Source of the DNA: Octopus bimaculoides
Lineage: Eukaryota
Reading direction: 5' to 3'
Length of the DNA stretch: 64,000 nt
Assembly: GCF_001194135.2 (NCBI RefSeq)
Contig: NC_068981.1
Coordinates: forward strand, 194,513,689 to 194,577,688
This document shows, one piece after another, positions 40,516 through 52,514 of this stretch (position 1 is its first letter; each line of letters starts with the position of its first letter). Below the pieces are notes generated by a model. It made no database searches. It had not been told where the DNA came from and saw nothing but the letters and a program-made list of their open reading frames with translations. Position numbers and translations under genes: made by a program.

Positions 40516-43100
40516 GTATTGAAAATTTATCATCAACACTCAAGAAATCTTTGCAGAACTTTGTCCCTACCAACAACAAGAAGCGGCAACAGGTTTTCCC
40601 AAGTTGCCGCAAAGAACATCTCTTAGCAATAAGTCGGAAGCAGCTTCTGAATGAATACATGTCACTGGAAAGTAGCCGGGAGTTACACAAAGCCATGAAA
40701 CCAGCTCCTGTTATGGATCGCAGTACATCTGACTCGGAGGTTCAAGAACTCTCCGAGAACAACCAGCCACCGACCAAGTGGAAACTAGATAAAAAACGCA
40801 AATATAAATTTGGTGAATCCCAGTTTCTGTCTTGGCAAAACCGTTACCAAACGCTGAGTGAAGAAAATCTAAAAGGTATTCAACGTAATAAAATCCAAGA
40901 GATCTTCCATCCAGCCGAAACATGTTTGCTTATGATTGATATCATCCAGAACGTGTGTTTGCTGGACTTAAACCAAACGGTGCCCTCAAAGTTAGTGTCA
41001 GTCTCTTTGCTGCCTGAGTTATTAGATGGTCTTTTTCGTTTCCATGACATGTTCCAAAATCCAAATCCACAAGTATGGACCAAGGACATTCTAGCTTATA
41101 TCCTAAAACACCTTTTGCAGTTGGTGTTCATGTTAAGCAATATAACTGCTACACAACAAAATGGTTCCAGTATTTTGATCCGGAATCGGATATTTCCCAG
41201 TTTACTTTATTTAGCTCACGATCTTTTAGAAGATATCACCTACCCTGAGAACATAGTCTGGTCTGAAGTATCGGATCAGTGCCACGTTAAAATGGTATTG
41301 GTGTCCGACATTATATCAGGATTACTTCTCTGTGCTACTGAAGTCTTTCACAATATTCCGCTGAATCCCGTTTTTATTAATTCAGCTTTAAAAGTTATGT
41401 GGATATTTAGAGAAGAACGAGGTTTTAGTATGTTGGAATTAATCCTTTCTTGGCTTGACTCTGAATGTTTCCCACATAAAGTTTGTAAAAAATTCTCCCC
41501 CAAAGACAATCTTTTAAAGTCAGTCAGCAGTCTTATAATAGCCATGAAGAAAGCCAAAGTTGGTTACATCCATTCTTCCACCTGCATGAAGAAGAAACAC
41601 AGAAAATGTATTTATACTCATTGTTTTGATCATCACCATAATATTCTTGGCTTTGCTTTCACCAAAAATGTCAGCCGACAGAAACTGGACGTTTCTTCAG
41701 ATATTTGTGTTGTTGGTTATTGGTCACAGTTCTTACTTGATGTTTTACCGTTTCTCAAATCTAAGCAACAACAACTTCAAGTTTTTACCCTGTTCGTAAC
41801 AGCTGGCATTTGCTGTTGCATCGGGATAGAGGTAATGCTGTCCAGCTTCCATTCGTCTTTCTATAATCTGTCTCCAGCTGTAAAGAACTATGCCTTAGAC
41901 ATCATGAACAATATGCTGCTGGAACAGTTGTCTGGTGCCAGACACATATCACAGAAACCAAGTAAAATTGAAATTTGTAAGGTGTGCGAGGACGATTCCT
42001 TTGATACTTTTAGTGGTAAATTAAAACGTGGAATGGACCCAGATTGCAAAATGAATCCAGAAACGCATGACAGTGGTGTGTCAAGTAGTGAGATATCATC
42101 AGAAGATTTCAAGTCTTCAATGAAGAAAGATTTGCTCAAGCGATGGGGATCCCTGGCCAAAATGTGTGATATCTTATATTCTGGGGACACAGTATCTGCT
42201 TCGTTACTCTCCAAACATTTGTTGATTTTAGCTGTCCATGGCAGAACAGAAGTTAAGCAAGAACTATTCCATTCCATTTATTTACCAATTCTTACAGATT
42301 ATTGCAAGTGGAAATCCACAACGCATCAACATATCATACCATCACCACTCAATAAATCTGTCATCATGAACTGTTTGTCTGCCTTTCCGTATCTCCTGCA
42401 AGCAGAATCCGTCATGACAACTTTCTTGGCTCGACATGGCATTGAAAAACTATGGACAATTCTTGAGGACCCGTCTTTACAGGAACTTGTCTTGCATGTA
42501 TTCGAAGCTTTGATAATTGCTGATGAATATGTGTCGTTAGAGAATATATTAAAAGAAAACAAAGTATCGGAGAGGCTTATGGATGAAAACAGTCCTGTGT
42601 CCGATTTCTCCAGTGATGATGATCTGACTTACTGCAGTAACATGGTCATTCGCTCTTTCTTGAAGATCTTATCTGAAAATATCAAATCACATGGTGTCTC
42701 TATTAACATACTTCCAAAGCACTTTGTAAAAGACACTGAAATGAGTGATGGAGAAGAGGTGAACCAATCAGCAGATTCTTCCATGCATCTAAAATGGTTC
42801 CTACTTTTAAGAAATCTATGGAGAACATGCCAAGTTCTTTTGCTCAATAGTCCCAGCTTTCTTCTCCAATTTAAAACCTCCGAATGTTTTATGCTTGCCA
42901 AACAGATTCTCTTCCACATCATACCGCAACTTGAGACTTACGCCAGTCCAACTCACCAGTTCACGGAACCTGGTGTTTATAACAGCAATATAGTTGACCA
43001 ACCCCTACAATCTGTACCGATCTTCCAACAAGCTCTCAGTCTTCTAGAGTCTGTACTAGTGGCCTGTATCATCTGCTACATGCCAGCATTTGCTGCTAAG
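40516..43100 (+). CDS. LYST: LYST coding exon 3 (2585-nt giant internal exon)
   Basis: cctcatag|GTATT (phase 1, completes Gly), donor AAG|gtaaca (phase 0); inside the 923-aa ORF. CMKKKHRKCIYTHCFDHHHNILG and AGICCC...NYALDIMNNMLLEQLSG match recalled LYST motifs ([28 protein letters not shown]...HILNILNKLILDQLGG). Confidence 0.95.
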
Positions 43101-43725
43101 GTAACAAAATATTTCCGGTTTTCTATTCCTTTATTTCCTGTTTAATTCTGTTGTATTTGAAAAGTTCTGTTAGACTTCTTTAAAATCTGTTAATCTATGA
43201 TTTACAGCGCTGGTGCTAATACAGAATCCTTGAGAAAGAGATAAACGACAACAGTGCATTGTAAAATGGAAGCAGTTTAGCTTTTGGATAAATCTCTTTC
43301 TGTTATTTCTCAGGTTGAGTGAAAGTCCAGGAAATTGAATTGTCAGACATTTTACAGAATGGCTGGCTTTGTTAATATCACACATTTGTGTGTGTGTTTG
43401 TGTGTATGTCTGTATGTGTGTTAGTGTGCGTATGTATTGCAATGTCTCTTTGTGTGTGTCTCTCTCTTAGTCTGGGTCTGAGCTTCACTGTGTGTGTGTG
43501 TGTGTGTGTATGTCTGTCTTTTAGTGTAGATATGTACTTCAATGTGTGTTTGCACGTGTGTCTTTTACTCTGTGTCTGAGTCTCACTCTGTATGTGTGTG
43601 TGTGTGTGAGTGAGAGAGTTACTCAGTGGTTCTCTGTGTGTAAGTTTCTCTCATCTTTTTGTATCTATATGTATGTCAATGTGTGTTTACATGTGTGTGT
43701 CTCTCTTAATGTGTCTCTGTACTTC

Positions 43726-43759
<34 letters not shown>

Positions 43760-44808
43760 TCTAGAAAGAGGAAACGGATGCCATGATGTTTATAATTACT
43801 GGAATCAAAACAATGAGAATCCATTAGAAATAATGAAATTTCAACAACGTTCTTTATATTTTGATATCATTTACAATGATTACAGTATCCAGTGTTATCA
43901 TCATTGTCACCACCACCACCACCACCCCACCGCTACCACTGCCACCACTGGTTTCAAACCTTCATATAAGACCAACAATTGTAAGAGGGGTCATTGTTTG
44001 GTTATACTGACTCCACTACTTGACTCTTATTTCTTTTATAAATCCTGAAGGGACAAAAGGAAAAGTTTACCTCAGCTGCATTTGAACCCAGAATGTAAAA
44101 AACAAACAAAAGAAATGCTGCTAAGTATTTTGTCTGGTGCCGTGATGGTGCTGCCAGCTCACTGCCTTAATAATAATAATAATCATCATCATCATCATCA
44201 TCGTTTAACGTCCGCTTTCCATGCCAGCATGGGTTGGACGATTTGACTGAGGACTGGTGAGACCGGATGGCAACACCAGGCTCCAATCTAAATTTGACAG
44301 AGTTTCTACAGCTGGATGCCCTTCCTAACGCCAACCACTCAGAGAGTGTAGTGGGTGCTTTTACGTGTTACCCGCACGAAAACGGCCACGCTCGAAATGG
44401 TGTCTTTTATGTGCCACCCGCACAAGAGCCAGTCCAATGGCACTGGCAACGATCTCGCTCGAAAACCCTACNNNNNNNNNNNNNNNNNNNNNNNNNNNNN
44501 NNNNNNNNNNNNNNNNNNNNNNNNNNNNNNNNNNNNNNNNNNNNNNNNNNNNNNNNNNNNNNNNNNNNNNNNNNNNNNNNNNNNNNNNNNNNNNNNNNNN
44601 NNNNNNNNNNNNNNNNNNNNNNNNNNNNNNNNNNNNNNNNNNNNNNNNNNNNNNNNNNNNNNNNNNNNNNNNNNNNNNNNNNNNNNNNNNNNNNNNNNNN
44701 NNNNNNNNNNNNNNNNNNNNNNNNNNNNNNNNNNNNNNNNNNNNNNNATGGGCGAAATACCACTAAGCATTTCGTCCAACGTGCTAACGATTCTGCCAGC
44801 TCACCACC

Positions 44809-44852
<44 letters not shown>

Positions 44853-45069
44853 CCTTTCTACTATAGGCACAAGACCTGAAATTTTGGGGTAGGAGACCAG
44901 TTGATTACATCAACCCCAGTATGTAACTGGTACTTTATTTATTGACCTCAAAAGGATGAAAGGCAGAGTTGACCCCAGAGGAATTTGAACTCAGAACATG
45001 AAAACAGATGAAATACTGCTAAGCATTTCGTCTGGCGTGCTAACGATTCTGCCAGCTCGCCGCTTTATG

Positions 45070-45310
45070 TAATGGATGAAAAGGGAAAGGCAAAAATCCT
45101 CTGGGACTTTGATTTCCAGACAAAGTGTTAGGGCACCGAAGGCTGGATATAGTAACCTTTAGGAGGTACAGACAAGAGTGCCTAATAATCAACGTAGCAA
45201 TGCCAGGAGATCAACAGGTCATCATAAAAGAAAGAGAAAAGGTTGATAAATATGAAGACCTGAGAATTGAGATTGCTAACATGTGGCAGCTACAAGAAAG
45301 ATCCCTGGCT
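45070..45310 (+). mobile_element. R4/Dong-like LINE restriction-like endonuclease fragment
   Basis: KAKILWDFDFQT..LGHRRLDIV..ECLIINVAMPGD..KEREKVDKYEDLRIEIANMWQL resembles the (R)PD..D-x-K RLE domain. Confidence 0.75.
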
Positions 45311-45635
45311 TACCATCCATGCAAAATGTGCAAAAGATTTCTTTAACTGCTGTGTCATATGTAATTGAGAAGAGCATTGTCGCTATGGGAACGATTACCT
45401 CCATGTAAATAATTTTTTTCTACATAACTTTTTACTCTTTTACTTGTTTCAGTCATTTGACTGCGGCCATGCTGGAACACTGACTTTTAGTCGAATAAAT
45501 CGACCCCAGGACTTATTCTTTTGTAAGCTTAGTACTTATTCTATCAGTCTCATTTGCTGAACTGCTAAGTTACGGGGATGTAAACACACCAACTTTGGCT
45601 GTCGAGCGATGTTGGGGGGACAAACACAGACACAA

Positions 45636-45674
<39 letters not shown>

Positions 45675-46189
45675 CATATATATGACGGGCTTCTTTCAGT
45701 TTCCGTCTACCAAATCCACTCACAAGGCTTTGGTCGGCCCGAGGCTATAGTAGAAGACACTTGCCCAAGGTGCCACGCAGTGGGACTGAACCCAGAACCA
45801 TGTGGTTGGGAAACAAGCTTCTTACCACTCAGCTCATAATATTTTTATTTAATGACCAGGATGACAATGACGATGATGATGATGATTTCATTTGATGACG
45901 CCATTCAATTAGTGTCTGTAACATGAGTGTCTGTATTTCAGGCGCTAATTATAGGTCGGTGGGAGATCAAGAAAGATTAAAATGGGAAACCAATTCACCC
46001 TGAGGCCTGACTGTGCTACCAGATGTCATTTGGCTGCGATATCAGGTGTCGGCTTGTTATCAGAAAGATTACTGTTGCTCACTAAAACATCTTAATCGTA
46101 ACAGTACTAGTTGTAATAACGGTTGCTCCTGTCGATTTCGGTGTTTGAGTGTTTGATGGAAAAGATTTAAGCAAAAAGTCAGGATTAGA

Positions 46190-46440
46190 AATAAAAGAAG
46201 TTGCATCTATTTGCGATGGATGCAGGAATTTAATTTGAATCCAGGGATGGATTTTGCTGTGAGGTCACAATGGCGACACTGGTGGTTTTGGATTTACTTG
46301 AGATCGGACAAACGTGTCTTCTGATTGCAGGATAGAATTCTTTTATTCTTCTGTTTCTTCAATTCAAACTGTTTAGAGGCATCATGACACATTTTACGCC
46401 ACTCATATTGATCCCAGCAACAACTTTCCCAAGATGCTAA
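46190..46440 (-). mobile_element. Decayed RTE-type LINE C-terminus
   Basis: My manual translation of the minus strand gives SWESCCWDQYEWRKMCHDASKQFELKK...*..HQCRHCDLTAKSIPG, resembling the RTE C-terminal WE..DR..WR..FE plus Cys-His knuckle. Confidence 0.55.
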
Positions 46441-49176
46441 ATTAACCCTTAAGCAGTCACATTATTTTTTTCAAATGTAATGCTTATTTAATCACATTGT
46501 TTTGAATTAGTTATGCATCATTTTGTAGCTTTGAGATTTTGAGGAGGTAACTGCTAATTTTTAGAATGATATTGTCGGTTTAGTATGAGAGGCCAGATCT
46601 GTCCAGTCTGAACATACAACAGGTAAAATATTTTGGCCGGTTTAAATGCTAAAGGAATAAGCTCTATGGATTTTTTACTCTTTTACTTGTTTCAGTCATT
46701 TGACTGCGGCCATGCTGGAGCACCGCCTTTAGTTGAGCAAATCGACCCCAGGACTTATTCTTTGTAAGCTTAGTACTTATTCTATTGGCCTCTTTTGCCG
46801 AACCGCTAAGTTATGGGGACTTGATAACATTTCCAATCGGTTAAGATCAGAATCCATGAGAGCCATTGCCTGGTACTGCATCAGGGCATTTATTATTATT
46901 ATCATTGTTATTATTATTATTATTATATATTATTATTATTATTATTATGAAAATATATATTCCTATGTGGAAGCTGTCTTCCTCAGTTCAGCTATTCAGT
47001 TTTCACTGATTTTATATTATTATTAAAAAATGAAATAAAATTGGCGGTGCTCCAGCATGGCCACAGTCAAAAGACTGAAACAAGTAAAAGAGAATAAAAG
47101 AGAATACATTTGTGTTTTTAAAACAGAGCCAAGTTTTAATTTTGACGTCTGGCCATGATAAATACTTGTACAATGTTGTCTTTTAAAAAATTTTTTTTTT
47201 TTTAAGTTTTGTTTCTTATTTTGATGGTGTATATGACAGTTCAACAAGTGATCAATAACTTGCACAAAATCAATGCAACTGTTAAAGAAGAAAGCAATCG
47301 GAAGCAGAAACATTTGCTCTGTAGACATTGTGCAAATATAAACTTAACTGATGAATGTCGCATCAACGAACTCTGTCATGCTGTCAGTCTCTTTGTAGGC
47401 TGCTGCTGCTGAATGGAAACAAGTTATTGAATTTCAGAAAATGCTATTAGTTAAGGTGGTAGGGGTGGTTTCCATTAGCTCTTTTGAACTTGACCCAGTT
47501 TTTGTGGCTCTGTTTAACTTGTTCATTCAACCAGAAATGTTTCCTTTTTGAATTAAGAAACGTCAGCTGACTGTCAAATTGAGTTTTATTTATTATTCAT
47601 CAATATGCCATGAAATCAACTCAGCGCCACTTCAATTAAAAGAGGAGTTTTTGGAGTCTGTCAGTCAGTATGTTAGGGCCCAGTAACATTGTCATCCTCA
47701 TTCTGATATCCACTTTTCCGTGCTTGCATGAGTTGACTTGATTTGTTGTGACAGATTTTCTACAGCTTGATGTCCTCCCTGTCACCAGTTCTCTCCTGTT
47801 TCCAAGCAAGGTAATATTTCACCAAGGCCACACTCGTTTTTTTTTTCAAGGAAGACTGAAAACAAAGGACACCAGCTGAATGAAAGTGATGCTTGTATAT
47901 AATTCTCGTGCAATGTGAAGACAAGGAGACATGTGCACGCACACACTCACACATGCACACACACACACACACACTTCTTTCTCTAGTGTATCATCATCAT
48001 TGTTTAACGTTTGCCACCCATGCTGGCATGGGTGGGATGGTTTAACAGGAGCTGGCCAAGCAGAAGCCTGCACCAGACTTCTGTGACTGTTTTAGCAGGA
48101 TTTTTACAGCTGGATACCCTTCCTAACACCAACCATTCAGCAGAGTGGACTTAGTGCTTTTTATGTGGCACAAAGCACTGGCGAGGTCAGTTTTGGTAAG
48201 GTTTTTACAACTGTATTCCCTTCCTAACACTGACCACTTTACAGCATGGACTGGGTGCTTTTTAAGTGGCACCTGCACTGGCAGGGTCACCAAATACCTC
48301 AGGCCGAGTGAAATCCTGGCCGTGGCCAGTGCTGGTGACACGTGAAAGGCACCCAGTACACTCTGTGGAGTGGTTGGCATTAGGAAGGGCATCCAGCTGC
48401 AAAGAAAACAAACCAAAACAGATGACTAGAGCGGTCAAACTGTGTAACCCATGCCAGCATGGAAAATGGATGTTAGATGATGATGATGATGGTAATGGTA
48501 TATATGCACAGGCAGTTATGGTCTAGAAGTTCATTTCACAATCACATGGTTTCAGGTTCAGTCTCACTGTGTGGAATCTTGGACAAGTATCTTCTACAGT
48601 AGCCTTGGGTTGACCAAAGCTTTGCAGATCTGTAGATAGAAACTGAAAGAAGCTTATCAGATATATATATGTGTGTGTGTGTTTATATGTAAGTTTGTGT
48701 CTCGTTGCCTTGACATCACGAGAGAGTTGTAAATGAATGTCACCCTCATACAAGCAGTGTCATTCATTTCCAATATTCGGTGAGAATGTCTGGTTGTGAG
48801 GAGATATTACCATTCTTGGAAACAAATGAGGGTCAGCTACAAGAAAGGGAATCAGGCCATAGAAAATCTGCCTTAACAGATTTCATCTCATCCATGCAAG
48901 GGAAAGGGGCCATTAAGATGATGATGATGATGATGATGATGTGTGTGTGTGTGTGTGTGTATACACATGTATATTCTCTTATTTGTTTCAGTCATTTCAC
49001 TGTGGCCATGCTGGAGCACCGCCTTTAGTCGAACAAATCGACCCCTGGACTTATTCTTTGTAAGCCTAGTACTTATTCTATCAGTCTCTTTTGCCGAACT
49101 GCTAAGTTACAGGGACGTAAACACACCAACATCAGTTGTCAAGTGATAGTGGGGGGACAAACACAGACACACAAAC

Positions 49177-49213
<37 letters not shown>

Positions 49214-49368
49214 GCTTCTTTCAGTTTCCATCTACCAAATCCACTCACAAGGCTTTGGTTGGCCTGAGGCTATAGTAGAAGACATTTACCCAAGGTGCCA
49301 TGCAGTGCAACTGAACCGGGAACCATGCGGTTGGTAAGCAAACTGCTTACCACACAGCCACTCCTGCA

Positions 49369-49404
<36 letters not shown>

Positions 49405-49414
49405 NNNNNNNNNN

Positions 49415-49467
<53 letters not shown>

Positions 49468-49527
49468 TACATATCATCATCATTATTATTATCATTATTC
49501 TCTATATGTTTTGTTTTCCTATTTCAG

Positions 49528-49698
49528 TCGGACACGAAGGATTTCCAGGCGTTGCTCTCTGAAGTGAAAGACGGTTTGATGAAATATAAAACCCTTCAGG
49601 TGAACCAACTGCAGATGATTTTTGATACTTTACTGCACTGTGCAAAACCTGATCGTAGTACAATACTAGAACTTTCCTCTCTACACACCCTAATGATG
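49528..49698 (+). CDS. LYST: LYST coding exon 4
   Basis: cctatttcag|TCG ... ATGATG|gtaagt; 171 nt open, phase 0 to 0; SDTKDFQALLSEVKDGLMKY...LHTLMM. Confidence 0.82.
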
Positions 49699-49851
49699 GT
49701 AAGTATTAAGTCTGTTTTTAGCAGTAGGGCAATGAAGAATCTCCTTCACGGTTATTCAGTCTCCTAGAAATAGCTGTCAAATCTTCTTTGATTCATGCTC
49801 TGACAGCTTCAGATATAAAGGGAGAACACATTGCATAATGTACTTCTAGAC

Positions 49852-50140
49852 GAGGTCTGGCCAACTGGAACTACATTGCAGGCCACTTTAATCACAGAAA
49901 GTTTTTTGAGGGCCGCTTGTATACTGACAGAATTGAAAGCATTTTAATTTCTCATGCTATTATATTAATTCAACATGAAATAATATCATTGCAAAAACAG
50001 TAGTAGCTTTCTTTTTTTACTTTTCATTACAATCTTTAATTTTTGATAAAATTTTAAAAGTGTTTGTTTAAATAAACCCATTTGAAATAAGTATCAAGTT
50101 GGTTACTTGTGGCCCGCAGACCTCAGGTTGGCCAGCCCTT
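49852..50140. mobile_element. hAT (Charlie/Buster-type) MITE
   Basis: Imperfect TIRs gaggtctggccaac and gttggccagccctt; 8-bp TSD ttctagac / ttccagac fits the NTCTAGAN consensus. Confidence 0.7.
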
Positions 50141-50716
50141 TTCCAGACCATCAATCTGGAAAGTCAAAAAACAGGAGAGCTGGAATGTCTTTTATCATAT
50201 TTGTATTCAATTAGAGTTGATCTGGAGCTAAACAACAATAATTGCTTCACATTATTTACATTATTTACATTTGAGAATATGACCAAAAACTGCGTGTACC
50301 CCATCCCATGCAGCTGTGGTAGGTTATACAANNNNNNNNNNNNNNNNNNNNNNNNNNNNNNNNNNNNNNNNNNNNNNNNNNNNNNNNNNNNNNNNNNNNN
50401 NNNNNNNNNNNNNNNNNNNNNNNNNNNNNNNNNNNNNNNNNNNNNNNNNNNNNNNNNNNNNNNNNNNNNNNNNNNNNNNNNNNNNNNNNNNNNNNNNNNN
50501 NNNNNNNNNNNNNNNNNNNNNNNNNNNNNNNNNNNNNNNNNNNNNNNNNNNNNNNNNNNNNNNNNNNNNNNNAAAAGCAGCAGCACATATGCTAGGACAC
50601 AACAACCTCTTAAGCAGACCGAGTGCAGATATGAACAGAATATGGGAACCAGTATTAAGGAAGGATAGGAGAATATTAGATTTATAAGCCCTAAAAATCA
50701 CTCCATAATTGCCCAT

Positions 50717-50787
50717 GGGCATATGGCATAGTGGTTAAGAGTGTGGGCTACTAACCCCAAGATTCTGAGTTCGATTCCAGGCAGTGA

Positions 50788-50790
<3 letters not shown>
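50717..50790 (+). repeat. tRNA-like Pol III cassette (A box and B box) with (AAT)n tail inside the Penelope-like element
   Basis: A box TGGCATAGTGG 50724-50734, B box GAGTTCGATTCC 50767-50778, 7-nt loop CTACTAA. Related copies on the minus strand at about 2516-2590, 34930-34995 and 58762-58820. Confidence 0.7.
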
Positions 50791-50822
<32 letters not shown>

Positions 50823-50862
50823 TTAAAAAATACCTTAGGAATGAGAACCCAGGTTTCCCCAA

Positions 50863-50908
50863 GATACCTGAAGAAGGCTGGAGGGTATATCAGTCGAAAC
50901 GTTATGTT
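50863..50908 (+). ncRNA. Minimal type I hammerhead ribozyme (Penelope-associated), core intact
   Basis: GAUAC-CUGAAGA-A-GGCUG(gagggtatat)CAGUC-GAAA-CGUU^AUGU. Stem III is the AACGUU palindrome. The first stem I pair is a C.A mismatch (the other copy has ACAC/GUGU). Confidence 0.7.
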
Positions 50909-52247
50909 AACAACAAACAAGATGAGGACAAATATCCATCAAATGTAAATAATGTACATAATTCCTTATCTTTTGAATATAGAACTGAATAGTTGCATCA
51001 ATTGTCTCTTACCAAATTTGGCTGTTATCAGGGTTGCTGCTTAACCTTGGTTTCTGTAATGTTAAACATATGGGGAAAAAAATCTCTTGCAAGAATACCA
51101 AACTTGTTTTTCCTTAGCATTATTAGTCACGTTTGGAAATCTTTGCTGTTTTACAATAAAACACCCCAAAATAATTAGTGTGAAACAGCAAAGATTTCCT
51201 AGTGTGCACGATAATGCTAAGGAAAACAAGTTCAGCACTCTTGCAAGAGATTTTGGCCAGGAATTCTTTGATGTAGCCATGAGATAAGATAAGGATGAGG
51301 TTTATGAATTGCTATAATTGTACTTCTTAGATTTATTTTAGGAGAAATTCCATTCTGAAGAGTTTGGGTTACATCATAATGGTGGGCTGTGGCCAGTTCC
51401 CCTCACTGGCTCCTGTGCTGGTGGCACGTAAAAAGCACTGTAGGCTGCTCCCCCCCCATTGCAGACGTTCTCTTATTTTTAATAAAGATCTGTTGAGTGA
51501 TTGCTGAAGTTGTTAATCATATGACAAAGGAAGAGTGGGCACAAAAAGAACCCTGTATTCCAGACATTATTGCTAAAGTAACTTTCTTGAATATCAGGAA
51601 AGAAGTTTTAGTATTTTTGTCAAGGTGTGATTTGATCCTGAGTTTCGAATGACGCCTTGCAACATTTTCAGTAGATGTCTTACATATTATGGAAGAAATC
51701 CAAAACAAACTCAAAACTCAGGCAATCATGACATTCTTTCATCATTGTCATTCTAATCTTTGTTTTCTCTCTCTCTCTCTCTCTTTTCCATCTCTCTGTT
51801 TCTATACCTGCCTAACCCTCTCTCTGTCTCTCTCTTTCTCTCTCTCACTGTTTCTCCTCTCTGTTTCTTTATCTACCTAATTCTTACTTTCTGTCTACCT
51901 CCCTCTCCTCCCTCTTCATTTCTTACCCACCTAATACCCTCCCTCTCCCCTCTCTACCTAATTCTCATGCAACCTTTCTCTCTTTTTCCTTCTCTTCCTG
52001 CCTAATTTTCTCTCTCATTCTCATGTTTCTTTCTCCCTCTGGCCCTCTTTCTCTTCTTCTGCACCCAATTCTCATGTCCCCCTTTCTCTGCTTAATTCTC
52101 TTGGCCTGTCTCTCTCTCTCTTTTTCATTGTCTTTCTCTCTCTCATTCTCATGTTCTCCCTCTCTCTCTCTCTTTTTCATTGTCTTTCTCTCCCTCATTC
52201 TCATGTTCTCCCTCTCTCTCATTCTCTCTCTGTCTCTCTCTTTGCAG

Positions 52248-52389
52248 TATTCCAAAGATGATGACTTGGTAGATGAAGAAGAAGTCCGCCAGTTATTACA
52301 GCAGGGTACCGACACTGAGATGGAATGTCTGTTGATCGAGTGTGGTTATGATGCTGACAGTGAATTCTCTTTATCTGATGATCTGAAAG
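52248..52389 (+). CDS. LYST: LYST coding exon 5
   Basis: tttgcag|TAT ... AAAG|gtacag; 142 nt, phase 0 to 1. Contains GYDADSE, cf. the LYST GYEADSE motif. Confidence 0.85.
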
Positions 52390-52514
52390 GTACAGTTGTC
52401 ATAGCAACATAATTACATGATGGCTGCTTTAGATCTGTTGTAATGGTTCCTGTAATGGTTCCTGTAATGACTCCAACAGAATCCGGGGTAGCATTGCTTC
52501 TGTTTTTATATATA

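Larger units (their letters stand above)
50249..50987 (+). mobile_element. Penelope-like element 3' portion (GIY-YIG endonuclease across an N gap, tRNA-like cassette, hammerhead)
   Basis: NCVYPIPCSCGRLY before the gap matches the GIY-YIG VYxIPCxCGxxY motif; AAHMLGHNNLLSRPSADMNRIW follows the gap. An inverted copy of the 3'-tail motif (acattatttacattatttacatttg, 50249-50273) sits at the 5' break. A homologous copy lies at 34794-35136. Confidence 0.8.

Noticed and set aside
47345-47380. CTGATGA followed by a small ATG/CAT stem
   Set aside because: No GAAA or stem III follows. Other CTGANGA hits in exons and RTE tails also lack the structure.
47209-47412. Cys-containing 67-aa ORF as an extra LYST exon
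   Set aside because: No convincing splice sites or recognisable homology; exons 3 and 4 already join in phase.
50717-50790. Functional tRNA gene (anticodon ACT)
   Set aside because: No proper acceptor stem, a short anticodon stem, dispersed degenerate copies and an (AAT)n tail indicate a tRNA-derived repeat.
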